Shown one piece after another: positions 1 through 12,837 of a stretch of 64,000 nucleotides of DNA (its first letter is position 1; every line of letters begins with the position of its first letter). The DNA is from Diplonema japonicum (taxonomy: Eukaryota > Protista > Euglenozoa: Diplonemea): NCBI GenBank assembly GCA_964019335.1, contig OZ025670.1, positions 496,001-560,000 of the forward strand, read 5' to 3'. A model generated the notes under the pieces. The model was not told where the DNA came from, ran no database searches, and saw only the letters and a list, made by a program, of their open reading frames with translations. A program made the position numbers and the translations under genes.

Positions 1-1622
1 GCACAGTGAGTAAAGCCCTAGCACAGCGTAACGTGCTGCAAAGAAGGCATCTCCCCCAGCACGTACACGAGCAGGGCAACGTGGAACGCTATTACATGGA
101 TCTCAACCATGCTCTGAACGAGCGAAAGGCTTTAGAGGAGGCGGTGGGTGAACTCAGGAGCAAGATGGCAGAAACAGAGGCGAAGCACACACGGCAACAG
201 AGACAGACGGAAGAACTTCTGCATGCATCAGCAGCTATTTCAGGTAATAAAAACAGCGACAGGCGAAAGCAGCTTTTGACGGAACAGCAAGCACTCCAAG
301 AGTTGAAAGAGGCTATGCGGGTTCTCGGGGAACAGATCGGCAGCAAGAAGACGGAGCTCAACAGAGTAAAGCAGGTGTCTAAGGCGACGCACGTCAAAGA
401 GCTTGAACGGCGTGTGAAGGTTTACTTCGTGGAAATGGAGCAACTGCAGAGGCAGATCGAAGAAGCGGACGCAGATCCATTACTTAACAAGTCGAGGGAA
501 GAGCTTCGCGAGTCGCAAAGCCTGCTGAAGTACAAGGAGGAGATGATGGAGAAGGCAGAAAACAAGCTCGGAATGTTGCGCAAACAGGAACTAGAACTGC
601 AGAGGGGCATGGAGACACTCAAGAATGAGCTTATTAAGGAACACCAGGACACAGGAGAACTGCACCTGAAGCTCGGCGAAGAACGGCAGAAGCTAAGCCA
701 TGACGTGAACAAGGTGCCGCTAGAACTGGAAAGAACACGTGCAGAAGTGCAAGCAGCAGAGGCACAGAAGATCATTACAGATGCCAACTTCGAGCGTGCA
801 AAGTACCAGTTTCAGTTGAGCATGACACAGCTTGAAGCATCCGAGGCGGATATGCAGGGCAAGGTGGAGCGCTATAAAGCGAAGAAAGAGGCCCAAGACA
901 CAAGGCTCAAGGAAGTCACAACGATACTACAAGACACCAGGGACGATCTGGCAAAAGCAGAGCAAGAGTTGGTGCGAAAGCACGACACCTTGCAGACCGA
1001 AGTTCAGAAACGATTGGCTGAAAGAGAGCAAGAAATAGTATGGAGCAATACCACAACACGATACCACCACAGGTCAGAGCACACGAAGAGAAGATGAAGC
1101 AGATTGCCGAGGAAAAAGAGAACTTAGAACACGAGATACGTGAAGAAGACGACAGAGCAGAGTTGCAGAGAAATCGGCAGGAGGCTGAGCTGGAGGACAT
1201 TACGTTGAGTTACGACGAGAGACAGAAGATGCTGCTTGAGAGGCTTCCTGTGAAGACGTACACGGCACCTAAGGCACAAGGCACAGTATGTGGTGTTGAC
1301 GTGATGGCAACACTTACAGAACGAGCAGAAGCGGATCCAGCAGCTAGAGGACGAGAAAGATATGTTAACGAAGGAGCTAGCTATTCTGAAACGAGCTGAG
1401 CGGACGGAGTACACAGTGAAAGTAGAGTGCTCGTCTCCTGTCTTCGAAGATGAAGACAGCAGCCAGCTTTCAGAAGACAGCCCGCGTGCGGAGACATCTT
1501 CAGAAGTCACCCGTGTCCAAGCCGACCAGCACGGCGATGACGAAGATGAAGGTGCAGAGTCCCTCTGCAGGGGCGCAGGCGGTACCTATCTTGGAAAAGG
1601 GTCTGACTCTGAGGACGAGTAG
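1..1622 (+). CDS. Long coiled-coil protein (IQCE-like), 5'-partial, spliced
   Basis: ORFs 6..1097, 1040..1399 and 1362..1622 join in frame via GTATG...CAG introns at about 1038-1072 and 1286-1319. E/K/Q/L heptad composition; ELERRVKVYFVEMEQL resembles IQCE-type coiled coils. Confidence 0.65.
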
Positions 1623-1690
1623 CAATACTTGACCATACCTGTAGCAATACTGTGTTTGCCTCGCTTACCCTTCACACCAACCTGCAGACC

Positions 1691-2632
1691 ATGAATGAAT
1701 ATGTATCCGAGATTACGAGTAAGCCCCGGTGTGTCTTTGGGTCCAATGAAGAGCTAAGCAGTGTCATCGAGAAGGTGAAGCAAGCAGGATTCCCCAGCTA
1801 CGCGTTCGTTGTGGACGGTGATCAGCTGCGTGGGTACATAAAAGTAGTGGAACTGTGGCGGGAAGAAAGCGGAGTTGTGGGCGATATCTTAAAGGAATAC
1901 GAACCTGAACATGTGAAGAGGGTATATACCGGGATGACGGTGAAAGAGTTTGTTTGGGGAATGGCCCCGTTCCCGCCGGCACCGTTGCCGGTTTTGGACG
2001 AAGCGGGGTGTTTTAGCGGGGCTGTTGGGGTGGAAAGAATAACCGGTCTAGCTTGTTCTGGTTGGGAAGAGGAGGTGAACGAAGCAGGCCAAAGCATGAC
2101 AGAAATCGCAAAGCAGCGCATATTGTGGTTGCTGATCACCTTTGTGTCTGCGTTCCTGTCTGTGATTGTGATCGATGAATTCGCAGACGCGACGTCGCAC
2201 ATTAAATGGGCACCTGCCTTGATGCCCGTGTGCGGTGCAATGGGTGGCAATGCAGGACTACAGGTGGGCACCGCTGTCATAGAAGCTATGTCAAAAAAAA
2301 AGCTCCGTCCTGGCTGTTCAAGAAACATGCCATATATCACTAAAGAGCTCATTATCTGCACCACATGTGGTTTCTTCTTCGCTGTGCTTTTTGGCTTCGT
2401 AGCCGGTTGGTTTGAAGAATCTATGGCGGGTCTTATGACAGGCCTATCGCTGTTTCTCATGTTCATCTGGGCTGCCCTCGGAGGTACTCTCATCCCCCTC
2501 CTCCTCTCTAGCATTGGAATCGATCCAGTCGTGTCTGTCGGTCCTGTGCTGACCACTCTCACTGACCTTGTGGGGTATGCAATTTTCCTGGGTCTCTGCA
2601 CACTCTTTGTGCCTATGGATTCCAGTAGTTAG
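1691..2632 (+). CDS. mgtE: MgtE/SLC41-family Mg2+ transporter (degenerate CBS region plus 5-TM MgtE domain)
   Basis: RILWLL...MPVCGAMGGNAGLQ and GIDPVVSVGPVLTTLTDLVG are MgtE signature motifs. Intronless; ATG follows CTGCAG. Confidence 0.88.
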   Translation: MNEYVSEITSKPRCVFGSNEELSSVIEKVKQAGFPSYAFVVDGDQLRGYIKVVELWREESGVVGDILKEYEPEHVKRVYTGMTVKEFVWGMAPFPPAPLPVLDEAGCFSGAVGVERITGLACSGWEEEVNEAGQSMTEIAKQRILWLLITFVSAFLSVIVIDEFADATSHIKWAPALMPVCGAMGGNAGLQVGTAVIEAMSKKKLRPGCSRNMPYITKELIICTTCGFFFAVLFGFVAGWFEESMAGLMTGLSLFLMFIWAALGGTLIPLLLSSIGIDPVVSVGPVLTTLTDLVGYAIFLGLCTLFVPMDSSS

Positions 2633-2749
2633 TACGTACGTGTTAATACTTTTGTTTGTTTCCTTGTTTTTTCGAACGTATGCGACTTATCCTTCAGGTT
2701 CCACAGAAAATGAAACAGTGAAGACCTAGTTGATACACATCATCGTACA

Positions 2750-5700
2750 ATGGTCGGAACCCCAAGCGGAAGAGATGTACGCACACCGGTGCGGGATGCA
2801 GCAGGAACACCTACCAGGAGAGGCAGTGTTACCCCTATTAGGAGTTTCACACCAAAAGTAAGCACACCGAAGAAGAAAACAGGATACCCGAGCACGTCAG
2901 TCAGATCGCTGACGACCGTCCCCATTGCGAGAGAGGAGCTGCCAGCACCAGTTCCGGCACCTATCCCCATGCCCTCTCCATCCGCTCAGTCCTTCCAGTC
3001 CATCCCTTCGCCGCAAGCTGTTTTACAAGAGGTCATTCCAGAACCTCCTGCCTTAGATACGCAGCAGCAGGTGTCACTCCTTGCACAGCTCCCCCTCCAG
3101 GACGCCATTCGATGTGTCACCACTGCTAAGGATGGCAAGAAGGTCTGGACGGGTGACCGCAGTGGTGCCATCAGAATACGCGAGACGTATACAGGGGAGG
3201 TCCTAACACCGTCTGTCGAGTCACAGAAAAACGGCCAGCAGTGTCCGTTAATCGAAAAGCCTGGTGTTCTCCCGAACGTGATGGCTTATACACCCAACAA
3301 CGGGGGCCAGGTGTGGGTCGGGTTCTCTGACGGCTTCGTGAGGGTCTTCTCGTACGAAACGGACATGCTGCTCTCTGAGATGATCCACCACAACGGCCCT
3401 GTGCTTGCTATTCTTGCAGACGGTGCAACCGTTTACAGTGCAGGCCACGACTGGAAGATCACACAATGGTCTTCCGACAGCCTGAAATGCGTGACTACAT
3501 ACACAGGACACAGGAGTGCAGTGAGGTGTCTTGCGATGTCACCCGAGTGCCTCATTTCAGGCAGCGACGACGGGACGGTGAGGACATGGAATGCATCGCG
3601 AAGAGGGCTTAAAGGCGGGCATCTGGGCTCTGTGCTTGCCGTGGCATCTGTGAAGAACATGCTGTGGAGCGCCGGTGATGACGGTGTCATCTGCGTTTGG
3701 GATCATGACGCAGGGACACTACTTCACAAGCTTGCAGGTCACAAGGCACCTGTCACGTCACTGCTGGTGATCGAAGGAGGCGACATCGTGTGGAGCACCG
3801 ACAAGCATGGTGTCGTCATCGTGTGGGACACGGCAGGCCCGGAAATGCTGCAGCGGATGTCTCCCGACTCCGCCGACTGGCAGCGCAATGGCATCACCGC
3901 TTCGTGCATTGTGCACCGCGCTGTCAACTGGCGGGTGTGGACTTGCAGCGGCGATGGCAGCGTAAGAATATGGAACACACCCTCTATGTCGGAGAGTGCT
4001 GAATGTTCTATTCTGAGGGGAGAACTTGGCAGACTGCAGCATTCGCGGGACTCGTCCGCCGTCCAGCTGGAGTCGCTTATGGCTGCCCAGGACACGGTAG
4101 CACTTAAGACGGAGACCGAAGCATTGCGAGCGGCGCTCGACGATCAGCAGCAGCTACTGATACAGAGCGATCATCGCATCGTCGAGATGGCTGCAGAAAC
4201 GGACAACTTGCGCTTCGAGATTGAGAAATACCGTGGCTTCGAAACAGACTTCCAGCAAGAGAGGCAGCGCAGGATCGACAGCGAAACACACGCGTCACGG
4301 ACTGAGGCGAAACTTGTGGTGTCCCAACAGGAAGTAGTTGCACGGACATCTGCGTTGACGATTGCTGAGGAGGAAAGGCAGAAACATCGCGCAGCGGTTG
4401 ACAGACTTATAGAGATAGAAAGAGAGCTCGAAGGCGAGAGGCAACGCAGACTACGTGTGGAGGAAACAATTGTATGCTTCGAGGCACAGAATGCTGAGCT
4501 GCGGAGCACACTGTCCGACACGAACAGCAAGCTGAAGGAAACATCGTCGACAGCGAAGCAACAGTCTTCCGTCTTAGCGTCGCAGCGTGACCATGCACTG
4601 CACGACGTTGAGCTCATGCTGCGAAAGGTTATGGACGTGGTGGTGCACGCAGAGATAGATAGCCGTGCCATCATCAGCGATCTGGAGTACTACGAGTCGG
4701 TCGCGCTAGAGATACACCTGCAGGACCTGAAGATGCGCATCGCAAACACAGCGTACGTGGAGGCCTCACCTGCCAGAGTGCCAGCGTCACCACTGCCCAT
4801 CCCACGTGTGTCCCGTGACAACGAAGAAGTGCTCACTCTGCGTATACAATCCCTGGAGACAGCACTCTCTGAGAGCCACAAAAGGTGCGTGTCACAGTCA
4901 TGTGATGAGCAGGTATGGTGCACATTCAAAGCAACACTCGCGCAGAATTCGATCGCACGCGCACAGCAGTTGGAGAGTTTGCTTCTTGCACACCAAGCGG
5001 AGCTTGCCGAGACGGTATGCAGCAGCCTCTAGCGCACTTCACATAGGCCTCTGAATTTGCGAAAGCAAGATGCGACCTTGACAGCAAAACAGTGGAGCTG
5101 CAGACCAAAGACACCGAGATAGTCAGGCTGCAGGAGAACGCTGCCATCAAAGAGAGCGAACTGGTTGATGCAACCACACAACTACAGAGATACAAGCAGC
5201 AGCTGGAGCAGAACATCATGTGCATTGGCAACATGGAGGAGAAGCTCAAATACAGTCAGGAGGAAGCCATGGTACTCAGCGAAGAGAAGGAGAGCTTGAA
5301 ACTGGTGGGCAGCGACTTAAGCTTCAAAATCAAGGAACTAGAAAGCGTGCTACACCAGAGAGAAGCGGCACTGAGGGAAATAGAGAATCATGAAACACAA
5401 CTGCGGAAAGAGAGCCAGGCAGTGAAGACAAGCCACGAGGTGCTAAGGTGCGACATGGACGAGTACAGGATACGCGTGGCGAAGCAGGAGGAGGTACTAC
5501 TGAAGAACGAGGAAGAAAAGTGTGAGCTAGTGTTGCAGTGCAACGAGACATCGACTATGCTGGACAGGATGCGGACAGAACTGAAGAAGAGCGAAGCGGA
5601 CAGGGAAGCCCATCGGAAGCAGGTGATGCAGGACCTGATTGCGAGCGATGCAGAGAAGGGACGGCTGCAGGCGTCTGTATTCGAGCTGACGGGTTTGGTC

Positions 5701-6413
5701 GCAGAGAAAGACGCGCAGCTGGAAGTGTTGCAGGTCCACCTCGACACAAAGACAGAACAGCTGTCAAAGCAGACAAACACACTAGGGGAAGTGATGGGCG
5801 AGGTCACAGAACGCAGGCGGGCCACGGTATGTAGATGAGAATACCGTAAACACACGACAGACGGAGCTAGAAGGGAGACTACATGACTTGGAACTGGCAT
5901 CAAAAATGGCAGACAACTCGGTAATGAAGCACAGGGAAGCCAGCATGCAGGCAGATGTGTTGCGGCAAAACGACGCAGCAAAGTGGCATGCTGAGAAGGC
6001 TTCCTTGGAAGGCACAGTTGCCGCCTTGGACGAAGAGCTGCGGCTGACGAAGAATCCCTTCGATGCTTTAAAGATGCAGTTGGATACCACGCTGCGCGAG
6101 CTTGCGCTGACTAGGGTATGCGTTGTAGGGGTGGGGGTTAGAAATAAATTACAGGAGGACTCACAGTGCGAGATCAAAATGCTGCAGAGACAGCTCGCAG
6201 CTAAAGGGGAAGAGCTGGCAAGGGCCAGGAATACGCACCTTTCTCCTCCAGGTTCCCCTGGAGCTTACGTTTTGCATACGGATGCTGATTTACGTATGTA
6301 TGTCAAGCCATAGCACACATCCCTTTTCTACAGCCCAGCACACACCCGCGTACCATACTGAGTCGTACCCCTCTCTCCATAGCAGGAGTTTGAGTCCTAG
6401 GGCTGGCATGTAA
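2750..6413 (+). CDS. WD40-repeat plus long coiled-coil protein, spliced
   Basis: GH...WD repeats (GHRSAVRCL, SGSDDGTVRTW, GHKAPVTSL). ORFs 2750..5032, 5092..5838 and 5888..6313 join through introns near 4913, 5016, 5827, 6116 and 6294-6333. The last exon ends ...SLSPRAGM-TAA. Confidence 0.8.
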
Positions 6414-6620
6414 GTCTGCAATTTTTCGTGTTTCTTCTTTATGATAAAACGTCGATTTTCTTTTCTTGTCTTTTTTTCCCCGTCAAGTAGACAGTGCTTG
6501 TGCAGGGCGCCGCCAAAACAATGGCTCTTTTATTCTTTTTTTTCTTTTTCTAAATGATTTTATAACTTTGTGTGCCAATTTGTGCCGAGCAAGGGGAAAA
6601 GAAAATAGTTTGGAACCAAC

Positions 6621-6651
<31 letters not shown>

Positions 6652-6958
6652 CATAAGGCATACAAAGATATCCCCCACCACCTTTCCAACTAGAAACTAA
6701 CACTTTTTTTTTTCCCCCTTATTTCTTTTCTCCCTACACCATGTACTTCACTTCCCTGCTTCCTACTCTTTTTCTTTTTTTTTTTTTATATTGGCTTTTT
6801 CCTCTTTTTATTTTTCTAATTCTTTGTAAATGCTGTTGTTGTTCTTCTGCTGTACCTTTTTTTTTTTTTCTTTTTTTTTTCTTCTCCACCCCCCTTTTTT
6901 ATCAGCCAAAGAGTTTAAACGAACCATCAGGTGCACCGAGGGAGGGGAGAGGGGAACA

Positions 6959-8192
6959 ATGTCAAAGCGACGGGCACCCAAGATGGAGCTGACGCAGCTG
7001 AACAACGTTGAGAGCTCGTACCCTAGTTACGATGTGTCTCAAAGCGGGAGTTTTTGCTTCAGAAGTTTTAAGTTGAATAAGAAAGGGTTGGTAAGCGGAG
7101 GCAAAGCCGGCGTCATGCCTCAAAAAATGGATCTCGGAAGCCTCGATCTGGAGGGCGCTGTAACCATGGGAAGCGGGAGCAGCGGCAGGGTCGTCGAATG
7201 CCTGCACAAACCAAGCGGCAAAATGGTCGCAGTGAAAAAGATCCCGATAAGCGAAAAGCGACAGCGGGATGAAATCGAAAAGGAGCTTGCGATGCTGAAC
7301 AGAGAAACAGACAGGAACACCTGCGAGAACATCATCACGGTGTTCGGTGCGTTCTTCGACCCTTCTGGCTACATCCTCATTCCAATGGAGAGGATGGACG
7401 GTTCGCTAGGCGATGCCGTTGTTCTCTCCCAACAGCTGACCCCATACCTCTCAGAAGCACGCTTGCGTGCTGTCACAAAACAGGTTGTCAAGGGCCTTCA
7501 ATATCTTCACGACGAACGCAAGATTATACACCGTGACGTGAAACCTGCTAACCTGCTCCTCAATCAACAAGGCTACGTCAAAATATCCGATTTCGGCATC
7601 TCACGAGACACCCATGATGCTACTAAAATATTCAGTTTCTGCGGAACACAATTTTATATGTATGTGTAAAGGGAAGTTTTATTTTTAAAACAGGTCGCCT
7701 GAACGTTTGCGGGGTCTTTCCTATTCGTTTCCAGCGGACATCTGGAGCCTTGGGATCTCACTTCTGTACTGTGCAGAGGGTGTGAACCCTTGGCTTGGTC
7801 TGGGCGTCAGCGACCAGAACACCTTCTTTGAACTTCTCTCCCTTTACGACGAAGGGAGGGTCCCAGAGGTTTCAAAAGAATACTCAGAAGAGGCACATAG
7901 CTTTGTGGAGTCCTGTCTGCAGTTGGAATCTGACGGACGATTAGACTGCTCAGAGCTTTCCTACCATACTTGGTTAGATGGTGTGACAGATGAATCTGCA
8001 ATTGAAACTGTCAAGGAATGGATCAGCGCTATAACCCAGAGCAACAATACTAGTCAGGTGCGGTGGATAATAATTAAAAATAATAATAATAATAAACAAC
8101 AGGAATCGTGTGGCTTTCGCTACCCCGTGAAACAGTCTCTTTTGGATGCGCTGGAGGAGCTTGATGATGTTATTGGTTATCGAGGAGAGTGA
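6959..8192 (+). CDS. MAP kinase kinase (STE7/MEK family)
   Basis: GSGSSG, VAVKK, HRDVKPAN, DFG. Intron 7660-7693 restores YMSPER; an in-frame intron lies at about 8058-8102. Confidence 0.92.
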
Positions 8193-8409
8193 GGTGTGGA
8201 GTTAAGTATTGAAAAAGAAAGGTTTTCTTTTTTTTTTTGAGATGGATTGGGGGGAAGGACAAAAAAGGAAGAAAAGAAAAAAAAAGGAGGAAAAAAAAAA
8301 GAAGCAACCTACGTGACCCCCCCCCCCCCCCCCCCCCCAAGTCGCTTGCCGTGACTTGTGTTCCCTTTTATAATTCTGATTTTGTGTAGTTGTTCTTTTT
8401 TTTTTATAT

Positions 8410-9984
8410 GGGTCGATTTCAAAAAACCCCCCCCAAAATGAGGCCAATTGACACTTTCGTTGCATCTTTGGGCATGCCGCCCCCTTTAAAAAAAATTCTC
8501 CATATTTCCCGGCCCATATTAGGAAAGAACCCGGGTCAGAAATCGCTCAAGGGTGCTATTTTGACCTATGAAAAATTCAGTCTTAGGGTCAAAATCGGGT
8601 TTTAGTGGTTTTGGTAAAGTCAGAGATTATGCTTTCAATAGCAAGAAATAGCGAAACTCACTGCTAGAAGGTGGCTGAAATGATGTTGGAAGTGGAAACC
8701 TTCATTTCCTAGTCTTCTGCGGCTGAGATGTGCTGCTGCTGAGTGGGCGACCTCGTTTCTTTTTCATACTATTAGGCCTTCTACCGCATTTTGGGGGTTT
8801 TAAGAGGCTCATTCATAGGTGTACTTGTGCTTTGGGCTTGTCATGGGGTGGCGAGTATTTTCGTAATTTGGTTACCATTCTTTCTCGTTTTTCAAGTCCG
8901 GGAAGGCTATCAGGAACGTCCTCATACTCATCACAAGATTCATAGACTGGGGGCCTTTTCTCTGCCCTGTCTGCATCGAGTTCTTTGATGATGTACTTTA
9001 GTTCCTTCTAGCTCGTGGACGCACACGTAGCAAAACACCCTCCGGTGTGCTCCTGAGCTCATATGCACCTGTAAAATCCGGAAACTCAAGAATTTTCTTT
9101 TTGTACGGGCCAAAGACATCAGTAACTACATGCACGGCACATTGTATCGTATTGGTGATGTTAGCTATTTGTTCCACAGTTTTAATTGTTGTGGAACGAG
9201 GCATCCAAAACCAAACACGAGAGAGCACACCAAAGTGGCTGTCCCTGTTGTTTTTGCCGTGTTTCTCCCCCAGAAACCACAGGGAAAACGTCCGATCGGG
9301 ATATACGTAACGAAGACCAAAAAGAACAAAGCAAAATTCCTTTGCACGAAAGTGACGCCCACCGTCAGTCCAGAGTATCCACTCCATTTTTTTCTTTATT
9401 TTTTCCTGTGCCCATGCTACTGTGGAACAAGACTTTTCCAACAGTAAGGCCAGCTGCCCTTATTTCATCATGTGTGATGTGGTCAAGCCTCATGCCTCTG
9501 ACCAATTGGCGCCGTGTGGTGTCTTGTTGGCTACTAAATCAACCAGAAAATGATAGCAGAAGTGCCGCTAGAAGTTCCCTTTTACACACCACTTCACAAA
9601 CTAGTGCAGCACAGTCGTTGCCACTGAGCTTCTCAAAAACCTCTGTGGCGAGTGTCCTGATCGCCGTGGTGTTCCCATTTACCCTTTCTCGGTCCGAATA
9701 CCATTTTTTTTTACCCCTAGCTTCTCAACAGCAAGTTTAAAAGCATCCATTTTTGTCACCCCCTCTTTTACTGAATTTGTGCAAAGTGAAAAAACCCATT
9801 TTTGTCCCTAGGACTGAATTTTCTGGGTACTAGTAACACTCACTTTCCCATTTTCTGGGGTGTTTTCTTTCCTAACCTGGGCCGGGAAAGTTGTAGAATT
9901 TTTTTTCTTTGGGAAAAAGTACTTAGAGAAATATTGAAAGTGTCAATTGGCCTCATTTTGGGGGGGGTTTTTTGAAACGATGCC
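8410..9984 (-). mobile_element. Non-autonomous, internally deleted DNA transposon with long TIRs (Sola-like DDE)
   Basis: Perfect 42-bp inverted repeat 8417-8458 / 9936-9977, continuing imperfectly for about 200 bp. Flanked by ATAT on both sides (8406-8409, 9985-9988). Contains a transposase remnant on the - strand. Confidence 0.88.
8998..9750 (-). pseudogene. Degenerate DDE/DDD transposase fragment
   Basis: WILWTDGGRHFR...FLGEKHGKNNRDSHFG in ORF 8998..9441. The upstream part from ATG 9750 has a frameshift and a stop. Confidence 0.75.
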
Positions 9985-10386
9985 ATATTTTATTTTATTT
10001 TTTTATTCTCAGTTTTGTAACAAAGTAGCATACACTCCCCTTTACCCGTACCGCGCAAGCATGTGACACACATTTATTTGAGATTACCGGGAGGGTTTTG
10101 AAAAAAAGAAAAAAAGAAAAAGAAGTCCCTCCTCTTTTTTTCTTTCTTCTTTTTTTTTTTTCGCGCTCCTTTTTCTTAAAAAGAAAAAAAATAAAATATA
10201 AAATAAATTGGTATTCTCTTCTTTCTCTCCATCCTTTGTCAACGCACTCAACACACGCACATTTTTTTTTTCTTCCTTTCGGTTCAGTCTCAATTTCCTT
10301 TCTTCTACTTATACTTCTTCCTTTCCCGCACATTTTCTTGTCCCAACACACGAAGGTCTCCCCATCTTGCCCCATCTACCTCCAAG

Positions 10387-11247
10387 ATGCGAGACCCCTC
10401 TAGGCAACCAACGACACAACGATCGGCAAAGCGTGAAAGGCATTTATTTGTTATATGTGAATGGGATGAGACCCAAAGGTACAGAGTAATCCTGAGGGGA
10501 TCGTTGCAAGGATTGGATGTCATGAAGTTGAAAGGGCACATTGAAAGAACAAGCGGGGTTCCTGCTGAAGACCAAACGCTGGTACTGAACAAAAGAATAC
10601 TTCAAGACCAAGAAATGGTGGTCAACGTCGGCCTCGAACACGGGGCAGTGATACACCTACGAGTTTCCAACATGCGTGGCCAACAAGAACAGCCACCTCC
10701 GCTGCCTTCCCCTGTACCATCGGCACAGAGTGAAGGGTATCAAGTTCGAAGACGGGAATATCATACACCTTCAGAAGGGTCAAGCTGTGGTTTCAAAGGA
10801 AGAGTAAGTTCGACAAATTCTTCAGGATGCAGCGCGTGCAAAAAACTTCGACCAGACCATCAAGGAAGAATGCGGCAAATGTCAGCGGAGATAGATAGGT
10901 ACCTCCCAAGGCCGAACCCTGCTGGTGTCGACGAAAACTTTGCTGGACGGAACGACCTCCCAGCCGTGGTGGAGCGGTACCACATCGAGACGTACAAACA
11001 CCTGCAAGACCAGCTGGACGATATCAAAAGTGCGCAGCACCTTCACCCGTCAACCTTCACATCCATCCATAACAGGATGACCTTCCCCAGGCCCCACCCT
11101 TCCGAAGCGCTCCGCCATGTTATGTACGAGCGCGACATGGCTGTGCATCAGCTTGCCACTGTCACCAACACGCTCAACCAACAGACCACATGTCTCGCTT
11201 CGCAAACCCGATCTATCTCCCCAACGAGAGCCCGCTGCCACTGTTGA
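10387..11247 (+). CDS. N-terminal ubiquitin-like domain protein
   Basis: VMKLKGHIERTSGVPAEDQTLVLNKRILQD...GLEHGAVIHL is a Ubl pattern. Confidence 0.8.
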   Translation: MRDPSRQPTTQRSAKRERHLFVICEWDETQRYRVILRGSLQGLDVMKLKGHIERTSGVPAEDQTLVLNKRILQDQEMVVNVGLEHGAVIHLRVSNMRGQQEQPPPLPSPVPSAQSEGYQVRRREYHTPSEGSSCGFKGRVSSTNSSGCSACKKLRPDHQGRMRQMSAEIDRYLPRPNPAGVDENFAGRNDLPAVVERYHIETYKHLQDQLDDIKSAQHLHPSTFTSIHNRMTFPRPHPSEALRHVMYERDMAVHQLATVTNTLNQQTTCLASQTRSISPTRARCHC

Positions 11248-11382
11248 TAAAAAGAACCATTTTTTTTTTTTTTTTTTTTTTTGGTCCCTTCGTACATTGT
11301 TTGTATTTTTTCTTTTATGTTGATCGTTTTTTATACTTTCTACCCCTTTCCTTCCACCACCCACTCGAAAAAGGAAGGGAGG

Positions 11383-12837
11383 ATGCGGCGTACCGCGGTC
11401 AGATTGTGTGATGGCATCTGGAAGCCCAAGCCCCACATGCTCCCTGACATGGAGAAGATCCGTGAGGAAGGCGGTGTGCTACTCAGCGAGCGTGGCGAGT
11501 ATAGCTACACGGAGGCGGACGTCCACCCTGAGCTGCGTTGGAACAAGCAGGGGAACAGCAAGATATGGTTCAGTCCGGAGGACAAACTGTCGGGAGGCTT
11601 TCAGGCGGACATGCTGAACGAGAGTCTGGTGGTGGGCCTAGACAGAACGGAACTGGAAAAGAGGAAAAAGAAGATGGTGCGGCCGATCACAACGCAAGGC
11701 GGGCACGGGATGACGGGGAGCGAGTTTGTTGACGAGATGGACAACAGGGGGATGGGTGTGCACACACACCAGTTCCAAGCACGGAAACGGCACATCTCAC
11801 CCGAGTGGGAGCTCGACCGGTGGAACGGCAAGTTCGACGCACTGAAACGAGTCTTCACCTTTGACAACCCACGCTATCCGTACTTCTTGTACAACAGGCT
11901 GAACGACAGGATTGTGATGGAACGCAAGCACTACCCCATTGAGATCACAATCAAGAAGAACGAGTGCACGGTGTGGCTCACAACAACATACGCACAAGCG
12001 GTGAGCGAGTTTGACTTCCAGTTGTGTCACTTTTTGGACAAAGAGAGGACCCTCATGGAACGCCCTGACTGGACACCCGTCGTGAGGAAAGTACGGGACG
12101 ACGGCACCTCGACATTTGAGGTGCACACGCCGCCGTTGGTTTCCGTAGAGCAAGTACAGCAGACTACTGCGAAACACTTCTTAAGAGGTCTTGAGTGCGA
12201 CTGGACGGAGAAGGGAAACGTTCTGACGGTTGTGAAGATGCTCCGGTCGTGGTACCGTGTGATGGACGTGGTGAACAGCTGTCTTGAAATGTGCGAAGCA
12301 GTGCGGCAGCACCCTGTGCAGGTCACTGTGCACATCCACACGGTGAGCATCTCGCTGCCTGACACAAAAGAAGGCCGTGCAGTGGCTATCGAACTCGACA
12401 AGCTGATGATGCAGCATGAGACATACCTCACAGAAGTGCACAGTAAGATAGCAGCCAAGGGTGATGGGAGGAACCCCAAGGCACACCTCGCGGATTTTCA
12501 AGAATCCCCTAGATCGCATTTCAAAAAGAACCCACTAGGCGCAGGCTCGGGCCCTATGCGGAAGGTGTTTTACGAGAAGCCAGCCGACTACGATAACTTC
12601 GTGAAGCGCATGGCGTGGGGCGAAGTGGGCTACGATGAGATGGTCAAAAGGTATCCGAACACAGCCTTCGCAAAGCCCTCTTCTAACAGGCCTTTCAAAG
12701 ACAAAGAGGAGTGGGAACGCGCCAAGCAAGTCGATGCAATGCGAAGGGGGATCAAGCAGAAGTCAGAAAGCTTCCTCACAGGCCTCCAGTCCAAGATACG
12801 CAAGAACGAACGGTCAAAGAAAGCATCACTCGAATAA
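11383..12837 (+). CDS. Probable mitochondrial protein with two pterin-4a-carbinolamine dehydratase (PCD)-like domains
   Basis: The N-terminus MRRTAVRLC is presequence-like. LKRVFTF...KHYPIEITI...VWLTT...SEFDFQLCHFLD and a second copy (...RQHPVQVTV...AIELD) follow the PCD pattern. Confidence 0.6.
   Translation: MRRTAVRLCDGIWKPKPHMLPDMEKIREEGGVLLSERGEYSYTEADVHPELRWNKQGNSKIWFSPEDKLSGGFQADMLNESLVVGLDRTELEKRKKKMVRPITTQGGHGMTGSEFVDEMDNRGMGVHTHQFQARKRHISPEWELDRWNGKFDALKRVFTFDNPRYPYFLYNRLNDRIVMERKHYPIEITIKKNECTVWLTTTYAQAVSEFDFQLCHFLDKERTLMERPDWTPVVRKVRDDGTSTFEVHTPPLVSVEQVQQTTAKHFLRGLECDWTEKGNVLTVVKMLRSWYRVMDVVNSCLEMCEAVRQHPVQVTVHIHTVSISLPDTKEGRAVAIELDKLMMQHETYLTEVHSKIAAKGDGRNPKAHLADFQESPRSHFKKNPLGAGSGPMRKVFYEKPADYDNFVKRMAWGEVGYDEMVKRYPNTAFAKPSSNRPFKDKEEWERAKQVDAMRRGIKQKSESFLTGLQSKIRKNERSKKASLE

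Noticed and set aside
6355-6366. TACTGAGTCGTA shared with about 56312-56323, as a possible hammerhead core
   Set aside because: It lacks the CUGANGA/GAAA core, and the first copy lies in the last coding exon of the WD40 gene; probably a chance match.
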